Of a DNA stretch of 64,000 nucleotides, positions 1-9,103 are shown piece by piece; the first letter of the stretch is position 1; each line of letters opens with the position of its first letter. The DNA comes from Pseudomonadota bacterium (GTDB lineage Bacteria; Desulfobacterota; Desulfobulbia; Desulfobulbales; Desulfocapsaceae). The stretch covers positions 21,636 through 85,635 of the forward strand of contig JAHIUA010000085.1 of the NCBI GenBank assembly GCA_018817385.1, written 5' to 3'. A program made the translations under genes and the position numbers. The notes under the pieces are model-generated. The model was not told where the DNA came from and did no database searches. It saw only the letters and a list, made by a program, of their open reading frames with translations.

Positions 1-629
1 GTAGTAATGTCTCCAAAAGGACTGAAGGCACCACCAGCATTAGCGGCGACAACGATATTAATACAAGCTAAGCTGATGAATTTCTTATCCTCTTTACCGA
101 TGGCCATCACCACCGCGCACATAAGAAGGGCGGTGGTAAGATTGTCGGCAATTGGAGAGATGAAAAAGGCCAGCAGGCCTGTAATCCAGAACAGTTTTCT
201 GAAAGAGTAGCCGGCATTGACTAGCTTTACCCGAAGCACCTCGAACACCTGTCGCTCTTCCATGGAATTGATGAATGTCATGGCAACCAAGAGAAAGAGA
301 AACAACTCCGCATATTCAAGGATATTATGACGAATCGCTGTCTCTGCCACATGATCAATGCCATGCATCGCATATATCAGGCCAATCATGCCCCAGATAA
401 TACCGGCGGCCAGCAAGACCGGTTTAGATTTTCGCATATGTGTTACTTCTTCAAGCATAACGAAGACATAGGCCAGGACAAAGATTACCAAGGCGACATA
501 TCCTCCCCAGTGCTGGGTAAGGTTCAATGTTTCCTGGATCCCCCCCGTATCAGCCGCGAATGCTGCTCCACCAAGCCCCGCAAAGGTCACGAGAGCTGTT
601 GTAAGGATGGAAATTGCCAATCTATGCAT
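1..629 (-). CDS. nhaD: NhaD-type Na+/H+ antiporter, N-terminal ~209 codons (3' end runs off the window start)
   Basis: Absent from the ORF track because it is open at coordinate 1. My translation from ATG 629-627 (AGGAG 7 nt upstream) gives MHRLAISILTTALVTFAGLGGAAFA, then polytopic membrane sequence ending ...NAGGAFSPFGDITT, an NhaD-family signature. A divergent NhaR-like regulator is adjacent. Confidence 0.75.
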   Translation of the reverse strand, partial: MHRLAISILTTALVTFAGLGGAAFAADTGGIQETLNLTQHWGGYVALVIFVLAYVFVMLEEVTHMRKSKPVLLAAGIIWGMIGLIYAMHGIDHVAETAIRHNILEYAELFLFLLVAMTFINSMEERQVFEVLRVKLVNAGYSFRKLFWITGLLAFFISPIADNLTTALLMCAVVMAIGKEDKKFISLACINIVVAANAGGAFSPFGDIT

Positions 630-1105
630 AACAAAACTCCTGGTTATTTTTGGAAGAACTCTATGCTGCCAAAATTGACCCGCTGGCAGCCTTAGTTGTT
701 GCTGTAATCGGGATTGCAAACATCTCCTTAGCAGTCCACACTGTTGCAGATACCGTTGCCGGGAAAAGATACCTTCGCAGATAAAAAGCTGGAGGATTGT
801 ATCGGAACACTTCTCTCGAAATTGCCTGCATGGGAGCCTGTCGGAATAAGAAAAAATCTGCGCCAAATTTGACAAACCGGCCCAGGATCAATCGTACCTG
901 GCAAACCAGCGGCCGGGAAAGCGTATCGTCTGAACATGCCTGTTGTCTCGTAATGTTACTCTTCATGCAAAACTCCCGGTTAAAAATTAAAACGGAAAAA
1001 GGATTAGGTCAAACAGATAAATTCGTTATAATGGTTCGATAAATACGATACCAAGCAACTCGCCGCAGACGTTGGCGGCATGAAACTCAGGGAGATCAAA
1101 ACACT

Positions 1106-2014
1106 ATGGAATGGCTCAACTATCATCATCTCTTTTATTTCTGGACGGTAATGAAGGAAGGGAGCATCACCGCAGCCAGCAGCAAGCTCAGCTTGGCCCA
1201 GTCAACTGTAAGCGCTCAATTGTCCAAGTTTGAAGACCATTTAGGAGCAAAACTTTTCAAACGTGTGGGCCGAAATCTTGAGCCTACAGACATGGGACAT
1301 CTTGCTTATCGCTATGCAGATGAGATTTTTTCCCTGGGTCGAGAAATGATGGAATCTCTCCATGGCCGGCCTGTAGCAGGTCCTTTATCCCTGAAAGTTG
1401 GTATCGTCGACGTGGTTCCAAAACTCATAGCGAGAAAGCTTCTTGAACCGACAGGAACGTTGTCCGAACAGGTACGACTGATCTGTCACGAGGGGAAAGA
1501 CAAGGATCTGCTTGCCGAATTAGCTTTGCATCACCTCGATGTGGTATTGACAGATACTCCAATGCCTTCAAGTTTAAGTATCAAGGCATACAATCACCTT
1601 CTGGGTGAATGCGGTGTCTCTTTCTTTGCAATAAAAAAGCTGGCCACCCCCCTTCAGAGCAACTTCCCCTATTCCCTTGACAAATCACCCATGCTGCTGC
1701 CTATGCCCCTGAGTTCCTTGCGGCAAAGACTCGATCAGTGGTTTGAAAGAATTGGCGTTCGCCCGATAGTAATGGGTGAGTTTGATGACAATGCCCTGTT
1801 AAAAGTTTTTGGCCAGGCGGGTGAAGGCATCTTTATGGCGCCAACAGTTATTGAGAAAGAAGTTGAACTGCAGTATCAAGTCAAGGTTATCGGACGTACC
1901 AAGAAAATACGGGAAAGGTTTTATGCTATTTCAGTGGAGCGTATTATCAAACATCCGGCAGTAGCAGCTATTTCAGAGGCCGCCCAGCAAAAACTCTTTT
2001 TTGATTACACGTAA
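1106..2014 (+). CDS. nhaR: LysR-family transcriptional activator, NhaR-like
   Basis: N-terminus MEWLNYHHLFYFWTVMKEGSITAAS...LAQSTVSAQLSKFE matches the NhaR-type wHTH (NYNHLYYFW...). It is divergent from the antiporter gene. Confidence 0.75.
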   Translation: MEWLNYHHLFYFWTVMKEGSITAASSKLSLAQSTVSAQLSKFEDHLGAKLFKRVGRNLEPTDMGHLAYRYADEIFSLGREMMESLHGRPVAGPLSLKVGIVDVVPKLIARKLLEPTGTLSEQVRLICHEGKDKDLLAELALHHLDVVLTDTPMPSSLSIKAYNHLLGECGVSFFAIKKLATPLQSNFPYSLDKSPMLLPMPLSSLRQRLDQWFERIGVRPIVMGEFDDNALLKVFGQAGEGIFMAPTVIEKEVELQYQVKVIGRTKKIRERFYAISVERIIKHPAVAAISEAAQQKLFFDYT

Positions 2015-2162
2015 CCATAAAGAAGACCGGAAAAGAAATCGTCAGCAGTGATTGTCGCAAATGAGATTCCCTCTCTCCTTGAAAAATACTCCCGTTGTCC
2101 TGGACCAGTCAGACAAAGAAATATTCTCACTTGCAGAAGAACATTTTCCGCTCATCAGATTT

Positions 2163-2894
2163 TCACATGTTGCCAGTCAAATGTTGAATGATCGAGATAG
2201 CGGCCAGGGTTGCCGTCTCGGCCCGAAGAATACGAGGGCCGAGACTGAGAACTTGAAATCCTGCCTTCCTGGCAACCTCCGCCTCTTCTGCAGCGAAACC
2301 ACCCTCAGGCCCCAGAACAATCTGGAGACCGGCAGCATCAGCAGATAAAGAAACGGTGTGAAGGGAGGCCTTTTTTTCCTCCTCCCAGAACAAAATCCCC
2401 TGCCTTGGCTCCTGCCGCTGCAAGACCATCTCTTCCAAAGAGATGGCCGCTGCCAATTGCATGGGTCTGGGCCTGTTGCACTGTTTACATGCCTCATCAA
2501 TAATTCGCTGCCAGCGGTCCTGTTTTTCTGCAAGCTTTCGCAGCTCTGTTTTCTTGAGCTGACAGCGGCTGCTGGCAAAAGGAATGAACTCCGAGACCCC
2601 CAGTTCCGTACATTTCTGGAGGAGAAATTCCATTTTCTGCCCCTTCAAAATCCCCTGACAGACTCGGAGGGGAATTCCATCCTCTTCCACATAGACAGAA
2701 GAGAGGATACGAAGACGCACTTGTTTTCCCATGGATACTATTTCAGCATCATGGACATTCCCCCTTCCATCAAAAAGTTGCAGGGGCATCCCCACAGGAA
2801 GACGAAGAACCTTTGTCAAATGATGCGATTCTGCCTTTGACAGCAGGACTTCGTGGCTGACCTCGATATCTGGACTTAAGAAAAAACGACGCAT
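2163..2894 (-). CDS. rsmE: 16S rRNA (uracil1498-N3)-methyltransferase RsmE
   Basis: MRRFFLSP... N-terminus, PUA-like region, C-terminal GPEGGF...E motif. The track ORF extends to 2981, but the internal ATG at 2894 gives the canonical start. Confidence 0.85.
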   Translation of the reverse strand: MRRFFLSPDIEVSHEVLLSKAESHHLTKVLRLPVGMPLQLFDGRGNVHDAEIVSMGKQVRLRILSSVYVEEDGIPLRVCQGILKGQKMEFLLQKCTELGVSEFIPFASSRCQLKKTELRKLAEKQDRWQRIIDEACKQCNRPRPMQLAAAISLEEMVLQRQEPRQGILFWEEEKKASLHTVSLSADAAGLQIVLGPEGGFAAEEAEVARKAGFQVLSLGPRILRAETATLAAISIIQHLTGNM

Positions 2895-2910
2895 GAAAGA
2901 AACACAACCA

Positions 2911-3096
2911 TTAGATTTCGGTAACAGTACAGGAGCCGGTGGGACAGACCTCGACACAGGTCTCGCAGCCGATACATTCATCGACGTTGACCGGATCCGC
3001 CTTCCCGTTCACCAATTCGTACACTGAGGCAGGACAAGCAGTTATACATTCCTCACTGCCCTGGCATTTATCCTTATCAACAACTACTTCCCACAT
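2911..3096 (-). CDS. small 4Fe-4S ferredoxin (61 aa)
   Basis: One canonical CIGCETCVEVCP (CxxCxxCxxxCP) motif plus a partial CQGSEECITACP motif. Lies immediately upstream of rsmE on the same strand. Confidence 0.8.
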   Translation of the reverse strand: MWEVVVDKDKCQGSEECITACPASVYELVNGKADPVNVDECIGCETCVEVCPTGSCTVTEI

Positions 3097-3332
3097 AACA
3101 ATCTCTTTTGCTTGAGAGTTAAGACTGCAGCAACCCTGACAACCATCTTCTCATAAAATCCTGCTCATAGCAAAAGAAAATCATTGCAAATGATCGAAAA
3201 GAAATTGCATTCCACCTGTTAAACCGATAACATAGAGAAGAGTTGCCCTTGTCGCTCCGCCAGGGCCATAGACAATAAAAATGCTCCTCTTAATGGTGCT
3301 CCAACCCACTTTGACTCGAGAAGCAGGGGGAA

Positions 3333-3463
3333 CTCTTCAGCAGCACTCCATCTTCGTCCATTGAGGTCTTCTCGAAAAACACGAATATGCTTCGAACCCC
3401 TCACTGCACGAATAGAAAGCACTGCTCAACAGGGACAGAGCTGTTGTTTGCCAATTATTAGGC
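3333..3463 (+). repeat. dispersed intergenic repeat, copy A
   Basis: Aligns by eye to 25515-25641 (same orientation) and, reverse-complemented, to 61045-61160 and 56836-56936. Shared core is CATTGAGGTCTTCTCGAA...GAACGAATAGAAAGCACTGCT. Confidence 0.8.
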
Positions 3464-3502
3464 ATTGCCAGGATAGTTACAAGCAGAGGACATCAGTTTT
3501 TT

Positions 3503-4315
3503 ATGGATAGAGGGTCGCCACTCAGCCTGTCACTGCTTGTGCTTGTCCTTCTCTGCAACAGCTGTTTTGCTGACACCGAAATATTTACGATCAGGAACCG
3601 ACCGGCAAATGAGATCCTGCCGGTGGTCAGAGCTGCACTTTCCCCCGAGGGCAGGGCCGTTGCTGACAATATCGGGAATATGATTATCGTCAATGACAGC
3701 GCCGAGGCCATCGACACCATACGCGTGCTCCTCCTGTCCTCAGATCAAAAAATGATCCAGGTCACGGTCCAGATGGCAGCCGCCTCCTCAGCTCAGGAGC
3801 AGGCCAGGGCCATGAGCAGTGGAGGAAAAAAAACTGGCAGACACCTCTCCACCGAGAACAGCCACTTTCCTGATGCGAGCTCCAGTCAAACCCGAAAGAG
3901 CCGCTCTTTTGTTACTGTCTCCTCCGACAGCAGCGGCTATATCCGTATGGCCGAGGAGATCCAGGTAAGCGAAAAATGGTCATTCTTTTGCAGACAATAC
4001 GGCGTCCCCCTCCTCCTCCAAGGGACCCGAACCATAGAGACCGGCATGGAGATCACACCCGTTGCCACTGGCACCCAGGTCATTGTTACCATTATTCCGC
4101 GCATCAGCTGGATCATGAATGGCAGGGCGAACAGCTTTCGTTTCGTGGATGCCGCAACCCGACTCACCATTCCCCGCTCCCAGTGGATCACCCTTGGCGA
4201 AATACCCAGTTTTTCAAAAACCGACAGCGACATCCTGAGCACCATCCTTTCCACCAGCGAATTCAGGACAAAAGACGATTTTACCATCCAGATCAAAGCC
4301 GACATTAACAAGTAA
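3503..4315 (+). CDS. secreted protein with secretin/NolW-like N-domain
   Basis: Signal peptide (LSLSLLVLVLLCNSCFA). FTIRNRPANEILPVVRAALSPEGRAVADNIGNMIIVNDSAEAIDTIRVLL resembles the Secretin_N fold repeat. No secretin C-domain is present. Confidence 0.55.
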   Translation: MDRGSPLSLSLLVLVLLCNSCFADTEIFTIRNRPANEILPVVRAALSPEGRAVADNIGNMIIVNDSAEAIDTIRVLLLSSDQKMIQVTVQMAAASSAQEQARAMSSGGKKTGRHLSTENSHFPDASSSQTRKSRSFVTVSSDSSGYIRMAEEIQVSEKWSFFCRQYGVPLLLQGTRTIETGMEITPVATGTQVIVTIIPRISWIMNGRANSFRFVDAATRLTIPRSQWITLGEIPSFSKTDSDILSTILSTSEFRTKDDFTIQIKADINK

Positions 4316-4329
4316 AAAAAGGAGACGAA

Positions 4330-4725
4330 ATGTCAAGGGAGCGCAGAGAGCAGGAACGTTATCCATTGCTGATTCAGAGCAAGATGACGGCAGAAACCCT
4401 GTCCGGTCAGACACCGATACTCGAGTTTGTAACCGCCAACATCAGTACCGGCGGTGCCTTTATCGTCACAGACCACCCTCTCCCCCTGGTCAGTAAGGTA
4501 CGCCTGGAATTTCTCATCTCTTTGGAAGAATTAACGACCCTGAAATTTGTCCTTTCCCAAGAAAGTCTCAGAAACTGGAAGGGCCAGCGGATTTGGATCA
4601 GCGCTTCCGGGATTGTCATCAGGCATGAGCCAACAGGTATGGCCATCATGTTTGATGAAAATTATCAGATCCGCCCCATGAACCCCATTACCAAAAATGA
4701 ATCCTCTGCAAAGGGGCATACCTGA
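4330..4725 (+). CDS. PilZ-domain protein (c-di-GMP receptor)
   Basis: RREQER (RxxxR) followed by NISTGG (D/NxSxxG). Starts 15 nt after the previous gene. Confidence 0.75.
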   Translation: MSRERREQERYPLLIQSKMTAETLSGQTPILEFVTANISTGGAFIVTDHPLPLVSKVRLEFLISLEELTTLKFVLSQESLRNWKGQRIWISASGIVIRHEPTGMAIMFDENYQIRPMNPITKNESSAKGHT

Positions 4726-4802
4726 CGCCCTCTCCCTGTCTCTTTTCCAGGCAATGCCCTGAGAGTGCCTTCGTTCTGGCCACGAGCATCACATTTCTGC
4801 CG

Positions 4803-5732
4803 CTAGCGCCGAAACCAGAGAGCAGCCCACTCATCTTGCTGCTCTCTCCCCTGAAGTGTAAAACCGAGGCCTTCGAAGATATGAATAATATTTTCCTCCT
4901 GTTCTCCGTGCAGGAGGCCAGAAAGGACAAGATCTCCACCTTTTTTGAGCAAACGGAAAAAGTCCCCGGCCATGGTGAGGAGAACATCATGGATGATATT
5001 GGCGATAATAAGATCATAACCCGCCTGGACCTGCTCAAGAGGGGTTGCAGCCACCTCCATCACTGATTCCAACTTATTCAACACCACGTTTTCAGTAGCT
5101 GCCCGCACCGCCTCTGGATCATTATCAAGGCCCAGTACTCGTGAAGCACCAAAAAGGGCGGCCCCCATGCCCAGGACACCGGTTCCGGTCCCTACATCCA
5201 GGACACGTATGCCCTTCCCAGACTCGACAATCTGATCCACAAAGGCCAGAGAGAGGGCCGTGGTCCCGTGATGGCCGGTCCCAAATGCCATACCCGGATC
5301 CATGACAATGACCAGTTCTCCCTCTTTGGCATGATACTCTTCCCAAGTGGGGGCTATCACCAATCCAGGGATAATGGGAAATGGCTTAAAATGGACCTTC
5401 CAGTTGCTTGACCAGTCTTGATCCTCAATCTGCTCCCAGGAAATTCGTGGTGGGGGGACCTGAAATATCACGGCCAGCTCATCCAGTTGCGCCCTTACCT
5501 TGTCCTGCAATTCCTGGCGCCGCCCTTCATCGAGATTTTTTTCTTCCAGAAAAACATTCAGACAGAGCTCTGGACCGGGAGTATCCACTGCCTGCTCCAC
5601 AGCTGCCCCAAGGACTCCAACCAGATACTCACTGACTGCCTCTTCCAGGATTGGATCCAGCTCAATAATCGCCTTGCACCAAAAGGAACCACTCTCACTT
5701 TCCGCCATACACTCCTCCACTTTCTCAGACAA
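4803..5732 (-). CDS. prmA: ribosomal protein L11 methyltransferase
   Basis: DPGMAFGTGHHGTTALSL and VLDVGTGTGVLG motifs, about 300 aa. Confidence 0.9.
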   Translation of the reverse strand: MSEKVEECMAESESGSFWCKAIIELDPILEEAVSEYLVGVLGAAVEQAVDTPGPELCLNVFLEEKNLDEGRRQELQDKVRAQLDELAVIFQVPPPRISWEQIEDQDWSSNWKVHFKPFPIIPGLVIAPTWEEYHAKEGELVIVMDPGMAFGTGHHGTTALSLAFVDQIVESGKGIRVLDVGTGTGVLGMGAALFGASRVLGLDNDPEAVRAATENVVLNKLESVMEVAATPLEQVQAGYDLIIANIIHDVLLTMAGDFFRLLKKGGDLVLSGLLHGEQEENIIHIFEGLGFTLQGREQQDEWAALWFRR

Positions 5733-5876
5733 GATGCCCCCAGAAAACGCATCTTCTCCTGAGTCATCTCAAAATTCAACTCCCTGCGAGCCTCGCCTGG
5801 AGTCCGCTAGCAGACCACTCCACCCACCGCACGCCCGCAAATCAATTCTATTTATAGATAGTATCAAATATATTTC

Positions 5877-5904
5877 TTGACAAGGTTTTGCTTCCTGTTA
5901 TTTT
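5877..5904 (+). promoter_or_regulatory. candidate sigma70-type promoter (TTGACA-16 nt-TATTTT)
   Basis: Perfect -35 hexamer at 5877-5882 and an AT-rich -10-like hexamer at 5899-5904, about 45 nt upstream of the RACo start. Confidence 0.35.
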
Positions 5905-5949
5905 TACACTGACTTATCAGCAGCTATTTTTTTGACCAGAGAGAACGCC

Positions 5950-7869
5950 ATGGAACATAACATACATTTTTTACCCGATAACGTCCACGTAACCGTTGAA
6001 GATGGAACAAATCTCCTCACAGCGGCTGCCGCCGCCGGTGTTTACATCCACGCCTACTGCGGTGGAGACGGCGTCTGCGGAAAGTGCAAAGTGCAGCTGG
6101 AAAAAGGAGCTGTAGTCTCCGATAATGCCGCCACCCTGAAACAGAGTGAATACGACAAGGGAATCCGCTTGGCCTGTAAGGCAAAAGTCGTCTCTGATAT
6201 CACCATTCGCATCCCGGACACAATCAAGAGCGACGGACAGGCGTTGAAACGGGAACCAAAGACCACCAGGGCCATATCGGCACGCTCTCTGGAAACCCTG
6301 ATCGGGACCTGGGATGTCGACCCACCGGTGGGCAAAATATTTCTCAAGTTGCCCCCACCAACACTTACAGACAACATCTCCGACATGCAGCGTTTGATGC
6401 GCTCTCTCAAAAACGCCATACCGGAAAATCCCGAGCCCACCTACGATCACCCTGAACTGATCCGTGAACTCTCCCTTGCCCTTCGCGAAGCGAACTGGGA
6501 GGTGACGGTCATCCTCCTCCATGGAAAACGAAAGACTGAACCGGATCGAATCATTGCCGTGGAGCCCGGTGACACCACAGACCGTCTCTACGGACTGGCC
6601 GTAGACATCGGGACCACCACCTGTAGCGGAGTATTGATTGATCTGAACAACGGCGAGATCATTGCCGAGGGTTCCGGCTACAACTCTCAGATCGGCTACG
6701 GGGAAGATGTGATCTCCCGCATGATCTATTCCCAGCGCCCCGGCGGCCTCAAGGGCCTGCAGCAGAAAGTTATCTACACCATCAACAATATCATCGAAGA
6801 AGTGTGCAAGAAGGTCATCATCAGCCCCAGTGATATCAGCTATATCATGACCGCCGGAAATACGGTCATGGCCCATCTGCTGCTGGCCATCAACCCCAAA
6901 TTTTTGCGCGAAGCCCCCTATGTCCCCAGCGTCAGCCAGTTTCCTCTGACCAAGGCTGCAGCTCTGGGTATCATGGCCCATCCATCGGTGAGAATGTTTC
7001 TCTATCCCTGTGTCTCCTCTTATGTAGGCGGGGATATCGTGGCTGGAGTCCACGCCTGCCAGATGCATAAGAATGAAAAGATATCACTCTTTATCGACAT
7101 CGGCACCAACGGTGAGATCGTTATCGGCAACCGGGACTGGATGGTCTGCGCCGCCTGTTCCGCCGGACCAGCCTTTGAGGGCGGTGGCATAAAATACGGC
7201 ATGCGGGCCAGCGCGGGGGCCATTGAAAATTTCCAGATCCACCCCGAAACCTTTGACCCCATGATCGTGACCATAGGTCAAACCAAGCCCCGAGGGATAT
7301 GCGGCTCCGGCCTGATCTCCATCGTCTCAGAGCTTCTGGTCGCCCGGGTTATTGACCCTCAAGGCAAATTCAACCGAAACCTCAACCACCCCCGCATCCG
7401 TGAAGGCGAAAATCGCTGGGAGTATGTCCTGGTCTGGGCCAAGGACTCCATGATCGGTGAAGATATTGTCATCAATGAGGTCGATCTCGACAACCTGATT
7501 CGAGCCAAAGGAGCCATGTATGCCGGATACCAGACCATCCTCGAATCCGTGGGTATGACCTTCTCCGATCTTGACCGAGTCATCCTTGCCGGGAACTTCG
7601 GAGCCTACATTGACCTTGAACGGGCCATTACCATCGGTCTGTTGCCGGATATCGACCGAGATCGCTTCTTCTATCTCGGCAATGCCTCCATGCTCGGCTG
7701 CCAGATCAGCCTTACCGATCATCGCCGTTTCCGGGAGAGAGTGGCAGTGCGAACACTGATGACCAACATGGAACTGTCGGAGAACCCCGACTTTATGAAT
7801 CACTACATGGCAGCGCTCTTTCTTCCCCACACGAATATGAACCTCTTTCCTTCGGTAAAATTGAAGTAA
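5950..7869 (+). CDS. reductive activator of corrinoid proteins (RACo/AcsV-like: 2Fe-2S ferredoxin domain + ASKHA ATPase)
   Basis: N-terminal plant-type 2Fe-2S motif (YCGGDGVCGKCKV...ACK) and ASKHA motifs (LAVDIGTTT, DIGTNGEI). The track start at 5932 is TTG. The ATG at 5950 (MEHNIHFLP) is preferred. Confidence 0.8.
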   Translation: MEHNIHFLPDNVHVTVEDGTNLLTAAAAAGVYIHAYCGGDGVCGKCKVQLEKGAVVSDNAATLKQSEYDKGIRLACKAKVVSDITIRIPDTIKSDGQALKREPKTTRAISARSLETLIGTWDVDPPVGKIFLKLPPPTLTDNISDMQRLMRSLKNAIPENPEPTYDHPELIRELSLALREANWEVTVILLHGKRKTEPDRIIAVEPGDTTDRLYGLAVDIGTTTCSGVLIDLNNGEIIAEGSGYNSQIGYGEDVISRMIYSQRPGGLKGLQQKVIYTINNIIEEVCKKVIISPSDISYIMTAGNTVMAHLLLAINPKFLREAPYVPSVSQFPLTKAAALGIMAHPSVRMFLYPCVSSYVGGDIVAGVHACQMHKNEKISLFIDIGTNGEIVIGNRDWMVCAACSAGPAFEGGGIKYGMRASAGAIENFQIHPETFDPMIVTIGQTKPRGICGSGLISIVSELLVARVIDPQGKFNRNLNHPRIREGENRWEYVLVWAKDSMIGEDIVINEVDLDNLIRAKGAMYAGYQTILESVGMTFSDLDRVILAGNFGAYIDLERAITIGLLPDIDRDRFFYLGNASMLGCQISLTDHRRFRERVAVRTLMTNMELSENPDFMNHYMAALFLPHTNMNLFPSVKLK

Positions 7870-7998
7870 CTCTTCACCACCGTCGGCCAACCTGCCTCCA
7901 TTGACAGGATAGAAAAAACAGATTAAACTAGTTTCCTTATGCACAAAAATGAGGAACACCAAAAATAATCAACAAATCAAATAGTTAAGGAGAAAATC

Positions 7999-8895
7999 AT
8001 GTCTCAGACCGTAAAAGCAATTGCAGAGAGCATCAATATCATGGGAAAACGCAGCGGCGGAGCCATGAAAGAACGTAACCAGGCTCCAGTGCAAGAGATG
8101 GCGAAAGAAGAGACAGCTGCCGGTGCTTCCTACCTTGACCTAAACATCGGACCCGCCCGTAAAGACGGTACCGAGCTCCTGCCCTGGGTTGTCCAGACCG
8201 TTGAAGCGGTTGTTGACACCCCACTCTGTCTGGACACCACCAATACCGATGCCATGACCGCAGGTTTCAAAGTAGTCAAAAACGTCCAGCAGGCGCTTAT
8301 GAACTCCATCTCAGCCCAGCCCGAGCGCATGGAAAAACTGATTCCCGTAGCTGCCGAAGCCAAATGCGACGTCATTGCCCTGCTCTGGGGACCAGATGGC
8401 ATGCCCCGTGACTCTGCCGAACGGGCCGCCATGGCCGTTGACCTGATGATGGCCTTGAACGATGCCGGTATCCCCAACGAAAAAATCCTCTTTGATCCCA
8501 TCGGCACTCCCATTACCCTGGGTGCAGACCAGATCAACGCAGGCCTCGAGTTCATGATGATGCTGCAGGATATCGCCCCCGGTGCCGGTTCCACTGTCGG
8601 CCTCTCCAATGTCTCCAATGGTGTTGCCGAAAATCTGCGCAAGTACCTGGATCGCACCTATCTCATCATGCTCATGAAATATGGCTTAAGCACCGCCATT
8701 GTCAACACCTATGATGCCGAGCTCATGGCCATCTGCAAGGGGGAACGGCAGGAGCATGTCGACATGGTTCATGGGATGATGGACGGCATTGAACCCGACG
8801 CCTCCACACTCTCTGGAGTCGCCCTGGAACACTACAAGACCTACAAGGCACTCTCTGGACAGACCATTTTTTCTGAGTCTTGGCTCAGCCTCTAA
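7999..8895 (+). CDS. methyltetrahydrofolate:corrinoid methyltransferase (pterin-binding, AcsE/MeTr-like)
   Basis: YLDLNIGP...PLCLDTTN...ALMNSIS pattern of pterin-binding TIM-barrel methyltransferases. Adjacent to RACo. Confidence 0.75.
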   Translation: MSQTVKAIAESINIMGKRSGGAMKERNQAPVQEMAKEETAAGASYLDLNIGPARKDGTELLPWVVQTVEAVVDTPLCLDTTNTDAMTAGFKVVKNVQQALMNSISAQPERMEKLIPVAAEAKCDVIALLWGPDGMPRDSAERAAMAVDLMMALNDAGIPNEKILFDPIGTPITLGADQINAGLEFMMMLQDIAPGAGSTVGLSNVSNGVAENLRKYLDRTYLIMLMKYGLSTAIVNTYDAELMAICKGERQEHVDMVHGMMDGIEPDASTLSGVALEHYKTYKALSGQTIFSESWLSL

Positions 8896-8920
8896 CCCCG
8901 GGGGAAGGAAACAAGTATGA

Positions 8921-8957
8921 AAGCCCCTTCCGCAGATGGAGGGGCTTTCTTTTTTTA
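8921..8957 (+). terminator. rho-independent terminator
   Basis: AAGCCCCT / AGGGGCTT stem (8921-8928 / 8940-8947) followed by TCTTTTTTT, 26 nt after the methyltransferase stop. Confidence 0.8.
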
Positions 8958-9103
8958 AGACCTTAAAAATAATTCCTTTTTTTTCGTAGAGAATTATTTT
9001 ACAAAGCTCTCTTTACGGTATATTAACCCTCAAGGGATGTTGAAATGCGTTCAAGGCCTTTACGTGTATAGATTCCAGGTGACTTGGACTCAGGAGTTCT
9101 GCT

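Noticed and set aside
3219-3422. 67-aa ORF, and 61089..61562(+), sharing the peptide REDLN.RRWSAAEE, suggesting a small gene family
   Set aside because: The similarity is confined to the nucleotide repeat element, the flanks are unrelated, copy D is not open in that frame, and there is no RBS. It is an artefact of the dispersed repeat.
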